A stretch of DNA of 64,000 bases from Clostridiales bacterium (GCA_022508485.1 JAFLVD010000002.1:18226-82225); one strand, 5' to 3'; counted from the stretch's first letter, positions 17,732 to 26,007 are shown. Numbers and translations are program-made. The notes: generated by a model from the letters alone, not told the origin.

Positions 17732-18622
17732 TTAAAATTTTCTTAGCTCCGCCAACTTAGTCTTGAAAGTGTCGTATGCGCGGCTGAAGCTTGGTGGTAA
17801 CACTCCGCACATGGCCGCCAACTGATTGTCCTTCGGAACTTCCCCTTCATTTTTATAAAAATCGTACACTTCGTCGGTAAAGAATGCTGTTCGTCGCTTT
17901 ATCTTATGTATCCTCTCATCATCACCGTCAAGCACCGATATAAGTAGCGCCGTAAGCTTGTAGCGTACCGTGCGCTGCGTGTCCTTTCGGCATGCGGCAT
18001 AAGCCTTTTCGATTTCGATGACGAGCTCAACAAGACTGTCCTCTTCTATTATCCGCTCGCCCAAGTCTCCTTTAACCACCACACTGTCAAACAAGTCAAT
18101 CTCACCGTCGTCGGTTGTCGTTATGTTGCTTATTGGTGCCGCCTCGTAATTTGCGATTAACGCCTTACGGACGACGTCGATAGCGATGTTAAACCGCTCG
18201 GATATTCGCTGTTGCACAAATTCGTCGTACACGTCCAAGCCCTTGCTATCGGCGTATCTGAACACTGCTCTAACAATGGCGTCCTGCTTTTTACCGATGT
18301 TTACGCCAATTCGCCTTTCGTCAATTTGGCGTTTTGCACGAACTCTTTTTATGTTGGTGGAAAGACTGCTTATAAAATAATTTAAAAAAGGCATCGCCCT
18401 GTCGTAACCGGCAAGACAGAGCTTGACCGTCTGCATAAATTCAACACCGAATTCGGACAGTATGCCGTCGCCAAAAGCAAACGCATCGGCGTACTCGTAA
18501 AGATCTCCGGTAAACCGACGAAACGCGGCGGCGTATTCCGCCTCCATTCCGCTCTCCTCTCGCATCAAAAGGAATGGCGAAGAATTTATTGCGTTTTCCA
18601 ATTGTTCTTTTGTACGCTTCAC
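17732..18622 (-). CDS. Possible divergent sigma-70-family/HTH regulator (296 aa).
   Basis: PFLNYFISSLSTNIKRVRAKRQ resembles ECF region 2 (F..WL..I..N...D..R). The C-terminal NQLAAMCGVLPPSFSRAYDTFKTKL resembles a region-4 HTH. The start is GTG 18622, 10 nt after the upstream stop. Resemblance by eye only. Confidence 0.3.
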   Translation of the reverse strand: MKRTKEQLENAINSSPFLLMREESGMEAEYAAAFRRFTGDLYEYADAFAFGDGILSEFGVEFMQTVKLCLAGYDRAMPFLNYFISSLSTNIKRVRAKRQIDERRIGVNIGKKQDAIVRAVFRYADSKGLDVYDEFVQQRISERFNIAIDVVRKALIANYEAAPISNITTTDDGEIDLFDSVVVKGDLGERIIEEDSLVELVIEIEKAYAACRKDTQRTVRYKLTALLISVLDGDDERIHKIKRRTAFFTDEVYDFYKNEGEVPKDNQLAAMCGVLPPSFSRAYDTFKTKLAELRKF

Positions 18623-18632
18623 AGGTTCCCGC

Positions 18633-19256
18633 CTAAAAATCTATAATCTCGTCTAAAGCTTTAAGCGCTTCTTTACTCGATGAAAACTCCATGGTATTAG
18701 TAAGATTATTAAGATAATACAGCGGCGATAAGTCAAAAATTATAGGGTTTTGCGGCACCTTTTCTCCGCATACAAAATCGACCTTGCCGTACACGATATA
18801 CTTGATTTCCGAACCGAAAAACTTTTCCGCAAAGTTCAAAACCGAAAACATTATAATTGGCAGAGGCTTAGGCCCATATGTGATATCGGCTATTATCTGT
18901 GCGCCATCCTCAAGCTTTGCAGCCATATCGCGGAACAACTTTTCGTGGACTTCGCGCGTTTCGATAAACGGAGTGGTTATCGTAACATACTCAATGTGGG
19001 CGCCGATCTTTTCGTTGATCGCATTCAGCTCTTTTTGGAACAGTCCGGCATTGACCGCACTGTTGCCATCCACATCGGTTTTGCTAAGCAGTACGATTTT
19101 AATGTCATCTTCTTTCTTCAGTGTGCGAGCCAGCACGGCATTTATAGGAAAAGCGACAACTCCATCGTATTCCAAAGCCTTGTTACCGTCGACACGGTAC
19201 CTAAGATCGAACAATTGCTTTTTCATTGGCAAATCGCTAAAAACTATCTTTTTCAT
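18633..19256 (-). CDS. CARF-like Rossmann protein of the DxTHG / TM1812-like type (207 aa).
   Basis: IIADITYGPKPLP sits where CARF/Csx proteins carry DxTHGFR. YGKVDF....PIIFDLSPL resembles the conserved YGAFE...PI.DLT tail. An IKIVLLSKTD strand follows the first helix. GAGGTG SD before ATG 19256. Confidence 0.4.
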   Translation of the reverse strand: MKKIVFSDLPMKKQLFDLRYRVDGNKALEYDGVVAFPINAVLARTLKKEDDIKIVLLSKTDVDGNSAVNAGLFQKELNAINEKIGAHIEYVTITTPFIETREVHEKLFRDMAAKLEDGAQIIADITYGPKPLPIIMFSVLNFAEKFFGSEIKYIVYGKVDFVCGEKVPQNPIIFDLSPLYYLNNLTNTMEFSSSKEALKALDEIIDF

Positions 19257-19276
19257 GTTTTCACCTCACTATGCTG

Positions 19277-19693
19277 TTATCCGGCAAACGCCATTTCCGC
19301 AGCGGCATATTTTTGCAACAACTTGTTTTTGATGTTGTTAAGGCGGATGCGTGCCTGCCTCTTTTTGTCCATTTCGCCGCGGTTCTTTTCCGGCCTGATC
19401 TCGTCCTCTATGTACTCCTCAATTTGATCGAGACATTCCCGTTGCTGTTGAATGTTGACGCACGAGTAATACATATTTTGGCGGCGCTCTATCCGGCCTG
19501 CATCATATTCCTCTTTGTCAATCTGCCTAACCGACAATATGGCGTCCTTGTGATCGTGCTTGACACGCGGCATCTGTCTTACAATGGCAGCAGCCTCGCT
19601 GCCCGTATATGCGCGAACATAAAACGTTCCCCTAAAGAATCTGCCCCTGCCAACGTGTCCGCACTTTGCTTGTACTTCGTAAAAATTCTTCAT
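19277..19693 (-). CDS. Small basic protein (138 aa), first gene of the operon. Function unknown.
   Basis: MKNFYEVQAKCGHVGRGRFFRGTFYVRAY.... ATG 19693 follows AAAGGAG. A 20-nt gap separates it from the next gene. Confidence 0.6.
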   Translation of the reverse strand: MKNFYEVQAKCGHVGRGRFFRGTFYVRAYTGSEAAAIVRQMPRVKHDHKDAILSVRQIDKEEYDAGRIERRQNMYYSCVNIQQQRECLDQIEEYIEDEIRPEKNRGEMDKKRQARIRLNNIKNKLLQKYAAAEMAFAG

Positions 19694-19800
19694 TGTTGTT
19701 GCTCCTTTTTATTTGATACTCATATATAGAGCCCATTTAATCGGGAGTTAACACTTTATAAAAAATTTCCAAAGAATTTTTCGCATCATGCTCTAACAAT

Positions 19801-19829
19801 ATTATATCATTCTCATGCAACAAAAGCAA
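19801..19829 (-). promoter_or_regulatory. Candidate sigma-A promoter (extended -10) for the eight-gene operon.
   Basis: On the minus strand: TTGCTT (19829-19824), 17-nt spacer, TGaTATAAT (-10 at 19806-19801). It lies about 100 nt upstream of ATG 19693. Confidence 0.5.
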
Positions 19830-20104
19830 GGAGGTTGACTGTCTAACACAAAAACCTGTTCCATTTAATTCTAAGTTTTAAGATAGTCAAATTAAATGTG
19901 TGCCATTGATTATCCCGACACAAACTTGCTATACTTTGAATTTGGGAGCAAAAGGCTGAAAATCGTCGAAATTTACAACATATTGATGTGCCTAACAATG
20001 CAATTTGTGTTTCCACTACTCCTTTGACTTCGTCAGTTGGGATTGATAACTTCAGTATTGAAAACAATTTACGGGTGTTTGGGGAATGATTTTATTAGTA
20101 AGTA

Positions 20105-20133
20105 TTGCAAGTTGAGGTGAGGCGTGGTATAAT
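20105..20133 (+). promoter_or_regulatory. Near-consensus sigma-A promoter with extended -10, immediately upstream of the lipase ATG.
   Basis: TTGCAA (20105-20110), 17-nt spacer, TGgTATAAT (-10 at 20128-20133). The ATG at 20142 is only 8 nt after the -10 box. Confidence 0.55.
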
Positions 20134-20141
20134 ACGACGGA

Positions 20142-20930
20142 ATGGAAGTGTGCAAGACGAAATATCCTATAATACTCGTTCACGGGGTCGCGCTTAAAGA
20201 GTGGCGGTTTTTTAAGTCGTTCGGGCGCATCGAAAAAATTCTGCGCGAGGCCGGCTACACGGTCTATTCGGCGCGGACGGACGGCTTCGGTTCAATAGAA
20301 AACAACGCCGCGCAGCTTAAAGCCCAGATAAAAGAAATTCTTGATGCAGAGCATGCCGACAAGGTTAACATAATCGCTCATTCGAAGGGCGGACTCGACT
20401 CCATCCACATGATTAACAATCTCGACATGTTTGGCTGCGTCGCGTCGCTCACCACCCTTTCCACGCCGCACCGTGGGTCGAGCATGGCGTCAAAGATATA
20501 TTCGCTGCCGCGCTGGCTCACGCGGTTTATAGCGTTTTGGATTAACCTATGGTACAAAATACTCGGCGACAAGCATCCGGACGCACTTACGGTATGCAAA
20601 CAGCTACAGCAAGTCCCAAGCGACAATCCCGAAAGCTTTAAACCTATCGACGGGATATACTGCCAAAGCTATTCCTCAACCATGAAGCGAAGCCGCGACG
20701 ATTTTTTGATGTTCATTCCCCTATTCTTTTCGCGGCGCTGGGGCGAGGACGCTACGGACGGGCTGGTATCCGTCGAGTCGGCAAAGTACGCCGAGTATCG
20801 CGGCGACTGTATCGAAGAATCGCTTTCCCACAGCGAAATGGTGGGATTGAGCCTAAAAAAGAAAAAGCGGCGCAAGGTGTACGCATTTTACCTTACCCTT
20901 TGCCGCGATCTGGCCGAACGTGGGTTTTAA
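20142..20930 (+). CDS. Alpha/beta-hydrolase, triacylglycerol lipase/esterase-like.
   Basis: KYPIILVHG near the N-terminus and the nucleophile elbow IIAHSKGGLDS. Confidence 0.75.
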   Translation: MEVCKTKYPIILVHGVALKEWRFFKSFGRIEKILREAGYTVYSARTDGFGSIENNAAQLKAQIKEILDAEHADKVNIIAHSKGGLDSIHMINNLDMFGCVASLTTLSTPHRGSSMASKIYSLPRWLTRFIAFWINLWYKILGDKHPDALTVCKQLQQVPSDNPESFKPIDGIYCQSYSSTMKRSRDDFLMFIPLFFSRRWGEDATDGLVSVESAKYAEYRGDCIEESLSHSEMVGLSLKKKKRRKVYAFYLTLCRDLAERGF

Positions 20931-20933
20931 ACC

Positions 20934-21473
20934 ATGAGCAAAAAACTATCCGAAATGACACTCGAAGAGCTTTGGGCGCTGTTCCCAATCGTCCTTACCG
21001 AACACCGCGACTGCTGGGGAAAATACTTCTCGGAGGAGGAGGCGGCGCTTAAAGCCGTCCTGCCGAGCGACGCCGTAATATCTCATATCGGAAGCACGGC
21101 GATTAATGGCATTTTAGCTAAGCCGATTGTGGACATACTGGTCGAGGTTGGCGGCGATTTGCGCACCGTTTCCGAAATAATAGAAAACGCCGGCTATATA
21201 AAAATGAGCGAGGATGACTCACGTATTTCTTTTAACAAAGGCTATACCGAGAACGGCTTTGCGGAAAAGGTTTACCACCTCCACCTCCGACTTTTCGGCG
21301 ATAACGACGAGATATATTTCAGGGATTATCTGATTGCGCACTCCGAAGTTGCAAAAGAGTACGAGGCGCTTAAAAAATCGCTTAGCAAAAAGTACGAGCA
21401 CGACCGCGACGGCTACACTCGCGCAAAAACAGAATTCGTACAAAAATACACATCGATTGCCAAAGCGAATTAG
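20934..21473 (+). CDS. GrpB (UPF0157) family protein.
   Basis: ISHIGSTAINGILAKPIVDILVEV and HLHLRLFGDNDEIYFRDYL are typical GrpB signatures. Confidence 0.85.
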   Translation: MSKKLSEMTLEELWALFPIVLTEHRDCWGKYFSEEEAALKAVLPSDAVISHIGSTAINGILAKPIVDILVEVGGDLRTVSEIIENAGYIKMSEDDSRISFNKGYTENGFAEKVYHLHLRLFGDNDEIYFRDYLIAHSEVAKEYEALKKSLSKKYEHDRDGYTRAKTEFVQKYTSIAKAN

Positions 21474-21553
21474 CTTTTATCTCGTTTCGATACCGCCCTT
21501 CTCGCTTGACAATTAGTGCGCGGAGTGATATACTTACAAAGTAAAAATACAAA

Positions 21554-21597
21554 GACAGTTCGTAACCATCCTGTCTATAAACAAAACTACGGAAGGA
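21554..21597 (+). promoter_or_regulatory. preQ1-I riboswitch aptamer.
   Basis: GACAG-UUCGUAACCAUC-CUGUC-UAUAAACAAAACUACGGAAGG. It has a 5-bp P1, a UUC-initiated loop and an A-rich tail ending in CUA. It aligns with the B. subtilis queC aptamer AGAGG-UUCUAGCUACAC-CCUCU-AUAAAAAACUAA. The tail runs into the GGAAGG SD of the downstream VUT transporter. Confidence 0.75.
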
Positions 21598-21607
21598 TGG
21601 GCGCACT

Positions 21608-22459
21608 ATGCGCCTTTTCGGTTGCGAATTTTTCGTCTCTCTTTCGGGAAACAAAAAAATGGGAAAAATCAAGACCGAAATTAAAGAATTCGTAATTTTG
21701 CTGAAATCGGTGCCGGCGGCAATCACCGTTCTGTTCGTGATGACGCTTATTGCAATGAACCTTCTTGCGAACAAGAGCATAGATATTCCGCTCGACTTTT
21801 TGGCGCTCGACTGCGGAATCGCGGTATCGTGGTTCGCGTTTTTTGCAATGGATGTCGTTACAAAGCACTTCGGGCCAAAAGCCGCTACGCAGCTTTCGAT
21901 ATTCGCACTGATCGTCAACCTGACGTTTTGCCTTTTTATGTTTATAGGAAGCATAATCCCCGGCTCGTGGGGCGAGGCGTTTACCGAGGTCGGAATCGAC
22001 GGGAATGTTAACAGCGCGCTCGATAAAACTTTCGGCGGAACGTGGTACGTGCTTGTTGGAAGCTCTGTCGCTTTTATCGCGTCGGCGATAATAAACAACT
22101 TTTCCAACTATGCAATTGGAAAACTATTCAAAAAGAATCCGGACGGCGCCCCTGCGTACATACTTAGAACATATGTATCGACAGCAATCGGACAGTTTGC
22201 CGACAACCTTATTTTTGCGCTTATAGTCAGTCATTTCTTCTTCGGATGGACGATACTCCAATGCGTTACGTGTGCCGCTACCGGCATGGTCGCGGAACTG
22301 CTTTGCGAGGCGATCTTCACCTTTTTCGGATACAAGATAACAAAGCGCTGGAAGGCGCGAGGCGTCGGAAAGGAATACTTCGACTTTACCGAAAGCAAAA
22401 ACCAAAGCGGAATTGCTGCAACCGAAAATCAAGAAATAACGGAAGGAAAATCGTCATGA
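21608..22459 (+). CDS. VUT-family queuosine-precursor transporter (YhhQ/DUF165-like).
   Basis: Multi-pass membrane protein with LANKSIDIPLDFLALDCGIAVSWFAFFAMDVVTKHFGPKAA and STAIGQFADNLIF. It lies directly downstream of the preQ1 aptamer. Confidence 0.8.
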   Translation: MRLFGCEFFVSLSGNKKMGKIKTEIKEFVILLKSVPAAITVLFVMTLIAMNLLANKSIDIPLDFLALDCGIAVSWFAFFAMDVVTKHFGPKAATQLSIFALIVNLTFCLFMFIGSIIPGSWGEAFTEVGIDGNVNSALDKTFGGTWYVLVGSSVAFIASAIINNFSNYAIGKLFKKNPDGAPAYILRTYVSTAIGQFADNLIFALIVSHFFFGWTILQCVTCAATGMVAELLCEAIFTFFGYKITKRWKARGVGKEYFDFTESKNQSGIAATENQEITEGKSS

Positions 22460-23100
22460 AAATACTCGTAACGGGATCTTCAAGCGGAATAGGCAAAGCT
22501 ACGGCCCTTAAATTCGCATCCTGCGGCCACGAAGTCGTAGGGCTTGATATTTTACCGTCCTCGATAGTTAACGCCGCGTACACGCATGTAACGGCCGATA
22601 TCACGGCCTCTCTTCCCGAAATAGACGGCGTGGAAATACTTATAAACAACGCCGGAGTTCAGGACAGCGGACGCGATATCGACGTCAACCTTAAAGGCAC
22701 AATCGCTGTTACAGAAAAGTACGGAGTGCGGAAAGGCATTAAGAGTGTGCTGTTTATCGCCTCCTCGAGCGCATCGACGGGTTCCGAATTTCCCGAATAC
22801 GCCGCGAGTAAGGGCGGAATTGTTTCGTACATGAAAAACGTTGCGCTAAGGCTCGCACCGCTAAACGCGACCGCCAACAGCCTCTCCCCCGGCGGAGTTA
22901 TTACCGAACTGAATAAGCCGGTCATGACAGATAAAACCAAGTGGAAAAAAATAATGTCGCTCACTCCGCTTAAAAAGTGGGCTACTCCCGAAGAGATAGC
23001 CGAGTGGGCTTACTTTGTTACGGTCGTGAATAAATCGATGACGGCACAGGATATCCTTATAGATAACGGCGAAGCTTCAAAAGCGGAATTTATTTGGTAA
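22456..23100 (+). CDS. Short-chain dehydrogenase/reductase (SDR).
   Basis: MKILVTGSSSGIGKAT (TGxxxGxG), NNAG and YAASKGG (YxxxK). ATG 22456 forms an ATGA overlap with the transporter stop. Confidence 0.85.
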   Translation: MKILVTGSSSGIGKATALKFASCGHEVVGLDILPSSIVNAAYTHVTADITASLPEIDGVEILINNAGVQDSGRDIDVNLKGTIAVTEKYGVRKGIKSVLFIASSSASTGSEFPEYAASKGGIVSYMKNVALRLAPLNATANSLSPGGVITELNKPVMTDKTKWKKIMSLTPLKKWATPEEIAEWAYFVTVVNKSMTAQDILIDNGEASKAEFIW

Positions 23101-23112
23101 AAGACATAAAAC

Positions 23113-23140
23113 AAAAGTGCGGCAGTTTGCCGCACTTTTT
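23113..23140. terminator. Bidirectional rho-independent terminator between convergent genes.
   Basis: AAAAGTGCGGC-agttt-GCCGCACTTTTT. Confidence 0.7.
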
Positions 23141-23570
23141 ATTTGTCCGATTTATCCTGTTTCGGTTCGACGGGTTGTTTTTGTTTGCCGTTTAACAGCT
23201 CGTCGGAAAGTGAGAGTATTTTTTCAGAGTACTTCCGTCCTATAACCTTAGAGAGGTAGTATACAATAGGCACCGACGCAAGAACGAGCATACCGCCGAT
23301 AAGGCAAAGCGAAATTCCGCCGGGGACAAGTTCCCACACCAAAATCATCAGCAGTCCGAACGTGAAGCAGAGCATACCCACGACGACGGACGTAATGCCG
23401 AGCGCGGCAGGCGTCCTGCGTGCGCGCACGTCCATCTGCCTAAGCCGCGGCAAGCCGTACTCGATAGGCTCGTCCTCGATATACCTGGAACGAATCTGCT
23501 CTATCTCGGTTCGCTCTTTTTCGGTAGCCGCGGAATACGTTATAGAAAATCTTTTATTCTGCTCTTCCAT
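23139..23570 (-). CDS. Small two-TM membrane protein downstream of the two-component system.
   Basis: Starts at ATG 23570 (MEEQNKRF...). Two hydrophobic segments (ALGITSVVVGMLCFTFGLLMILVW and ISLCLIGGMLVLASVPIVYY). No recognisable motif. Confidence 0.5.
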   Translation of the reverse strand: MEEQNKRFSITYSAATEKERTEIEQIRSRYIEDEPIEYGLPRLRQMDVRARRTPAALGITSVVVGMLCFTFGLLMILVWELVPGGISLCLIGGMLVLASVPIVYYLSKVIGRKYSEKILSLSDELLNGKQKQPVEPKQDKSDK

Positions 23571-24639
23571 TGCCGCTGTCCCCCATTCCGGTGTCGAAGC
23601 GCACCGTAAATATACTTCCGACGCCCAGCTCGCTCTCGACGGTGATTTCACCGCCGATAACGTCTATTACGCGCTTGACAAGCGCCATGCCCAGCCCGTT
23701 ACCCTCTTTCGAGTGCGAGCTGTCCGCCTGATAAAACTTATCGAAAATATGTCGTCCCGATTCCTTGGTCATGCCGATACCGAAGTCCTCGACTGTGAGC
23801 ACCGCCCTGTCGCCGTCGCGTTTTAAGCTTATATTGATTTTGCCGCCGTCGTGCGAGTATTTAATCGCGTTGGAAATAAGGTTGCTGAACAGAATATCGA
23901 GCACCGCCGTTTCCGCGTACGCATCGAATTCTTCAATGTCGCAGACAAGCTCGATATTCTTTTTGTCCAGCGCGGTCTCGAACTGCAAAATGTTGTCGCC
24001 GAGCAGACTGTCCAGCCTGACGAGCTTTTTGGGCGTTGTGATAGTGCGGTTTTCGAGCTTACTTAGTTTAAGAATATTGGACACGAGGTTGCTTATGCGC
24101 TTGGATGCGTCGATAAGCGAGCCTGCGTACTCGACGCGATCTTTTTCGGTGAGATTTTTGTCCTGCATAAGCGTAGCGTAGTTTTGAATAATGGAAAGCG
24201 GCGTTTTTATCTCGTGTGAAACGTTTGCGATAAAGTCGATTTTAAGCACCTCGTTTTTGGACAGCTCGTCGAGCATTCGCTTGACGTTAACCATTATCAT
24301 ATCATACTCGTCGTACTTACCCTTGACGTGCGCCGGAATAAGATCCACCTTAAAATCGCCGGCCATTATTTTTTCGGTGGCGTCGAGAATTTTGTTAACC
24401 TGCCTGTCGACGGTCAGTTTTCTCCGCACGGTGTAAGCGAAAACGATTAAGACCGAAACGATAACGCTTGCAAGAATCATGATGACCGCAACCGCGACCT
24501 CGTTTACACGCCACGTTTCCGCAATCGTAATGTACAAAAAGACCGAGCCGAGCACGAGAAGAAACACGCCCAGCGTAAATATAATTATTGTGCTTATTTT
24601 TTGTGAAAGCCGCTGCTTATACCTTGTCTGTGATTTCAT
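23554..24639 (-). CDS. Sensor histidine kinase (HisKA + HATPase_c).
   Basis: H-box NVSHEIKTPLS, N-box FSNLISNAIKYS, G-boxes VEDFGIGM and GNGLGMALV. Two N-terminal TM segments. Confidence 0.9.
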   Translation of the reverse strand: MKSQTRYKQRLSQKISTIIIFTLGVFLLVLGSVFLYITIAETWRVNEVAVAVIMILASVIVSVLIVFAYTVRRKLTVDRQVNKILDATEKIMAGDFKVDLIPAHVKGKYDEYDMIMVNVKRMLDELSKNEVLKIDFIANVSHEIKTPLSIIQNYATLMQDKNLTEKDRVEYAGSLIDASKRISNLVSNILKLSKLENRTITTPKKLVRLDSLLGDNILQFETALDKKNIELVCDIEEFDAYAETAVLDILFSNLISNAIKYSHDGGKINISLKRDGDRAVLTVEDFGIGMTKESGRHIFDKFYQADSSHSKEGNGLGMALVKRVIDVIGGEITVESELGVGSIFTVRFDTGMGDSGNGRAE

Positions 24640-25307
24640 TTCGGTACCACCTTATAACCGAGACCGTGTACGGTAACAACGTCGAATCCGTTACAGCCCG
24701 ATATTTTTTTCCTGAGTTCGGCCATAAACACGTCGATTGCGCGCGACGAGCCGGACGAATCGTAACCCCAAAACTCTTCCATGAGCTGCGAGCGCGAAAA
24801 AGTTCGTTTAGGGAACGACAAAAGCTTAAAAAGCAGCGCAAACTCTCGCGCCGAAAGAGATAACGGCTCGCCGTCGATATATGCGGCGTGCTCTGTTCTG
24901 TCCATAACGAGGTTGCCAATTTTGACCTGCGAGCTTGTTTCTATCTGAACGCGCCTGAGTATCGCGCCGATGCGCATGTTCAGCTCGGACAAGTCGAACG
25001 GCTTAACAAGGTAATCGTCGATGCCTATTCCGAATCCGCGTTCTTTTGCGGACATGTCGTCGCGCGCGGTTAAAAACAGAATGGGTATGCGCTTATTGGT
25101 GGTTCTCACCCTCTCGGCAAACTCGAAGCCGTCGACCTCGGGCATCATAATATCCGAAATGATAACGTCAAAGTCCTGACCTGCAAGTTCTATAAACGCG
25201 CTGTCAGCATTGTATGCGCTCACCACCTCGTAGTCGCACCCGGTAAGATACTTGTTGATACTGTCGTTTAGACTTACGTCGTCGTCGACCAATAATATTT
25301 TTGTCAT
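24636..25307 (-). CDS. OmpR-family response regulator.
   Basis: MTKILLVDDD...DVIISDIMMPEVDG...LTA receiver domain, and a C-terminal winged helix (LSAREFALLFKL...VHGLGYK). ATGA overlap with the kinase gene. Confidence 0.9.
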   Translation of the reverse strand: MTKILLVDDDVSLNDSINKYLTGCDYEVVSAYNADSAFIELAGQDFDVIISDIMMPEVDGFEFAERVRTTNKRIPILFLTARDDMSAKERGFGIGIDDYLVKPFDLSELNMRIGAILRRVQIETSSQVKIGNLVMDRTEHAAYIDGEPLSLSAREFALLFKLLSFPKRTFSRSQLMEEFWGYDSSGSSRAIDVFMAELRKKISGCNGFDVVTVHGLGYKVVPK

Positions 25308-25407
25308 ATAAAACTCCTTTATAGCGATTATATCTTACCATTTATCTAAGCAAAAATCAAGCCGCTTTTATAATTCGACAAATAATCCCGATACTTATTT
25401 CGGGATT

Positions 25408-25953
25408 TTAACTTTCAGCGCTATCAAACTTAGCCTCTTTTAATATCAACACCTCGTCGTATTTAGGTGAATATAAGATATCTATTCTTTTATTCGCATA
25501 AGGCTTGAAAGTTCCAAGATATCCGGGTCTTCCCCCAAAGCATGTCGCACTACTCTCACGCACATATTTTATTCCATTCAAACTAAACTCTACACGTATC
25601 TTAACGGCGGAAGGTTGAAATCCTGCTCTGTACTCATCAACTTTTTTTGAAAATGCCGTTGTTTTTATTGCATCCGATAACCACATGACAACTTGCCTTT
25701 TAGTCTTTTTATCCTTAACAAAACAGTAAATCAACACGCTAAAAAAACCCATTCCCACTAATATACCCAGAAGAGCAACAATAAACATCTGACTATTCCA
25801 TTCCGTGCAAGATAGCACCATTAAAATAATTCCCACGACAATAAGCAAGGAAGAGCTTATATTTCCAAGCCACAACACAACAAAATGCTTAGTACCGTAT
25901 AATTGTCCTTGACTTAAAGATACATCTACGTCCGAATATTTATTCATTACCAT
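25408..25953 (-). CDS. AT-rich orphan membrane protein (two TM segments plus a beta-rich C-domain, possibly DUF3592-like).
   Basis: Two TM segments, then IRVEFSLNGIKYVRES...KRIDILYSPKYDEVLIL. One 60-nt line (25441-25500) counts 28% GC. Confidence 0.45.
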   Translation of the reverse strand: MVMNKYSDVDVSLSQGQLYGTKHFVVLWLGNISSSLLIVVGIILMVLSCTEWNSQMFIVALLGILVGMGFFSVLIYCFVKDKKTKRQVVMWLSDAIKTTAFSKKVDEYRAGFQPSAVKIRVEFSLNGIKYVRESSATCFGGRPGYLGTFKPYANKRIDILYSPKYDEVLILKEAKFDSAES

Positions 25954-26007
25954 TCCTTTTTAAGTTTTTGACATTCGTTAATTCTAATCCGCCACTCCTT
26001 TTATCAC

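Noticed and set aside
19843-20067. 74-aa minus-strand ORF in the gap between the eight-gene operon and the lipase gene.
   Set aside because: It has no SD and no recognisable motif, and it lies upstream of (outside) the predicted operon promoter. It is most likely a chance ORF in AT-rich intergenic DNA. I also saw no tRNA-like or att-like structure here.
21382-22107. 241-aa minus-strand ORF.
   Set aside because: It is antisense to the well-supported, riboswitch-controlled VUT transporter gene and to the GrpB 3' end. Its composition is that of an antisense frame (S/I/P/F-rich).
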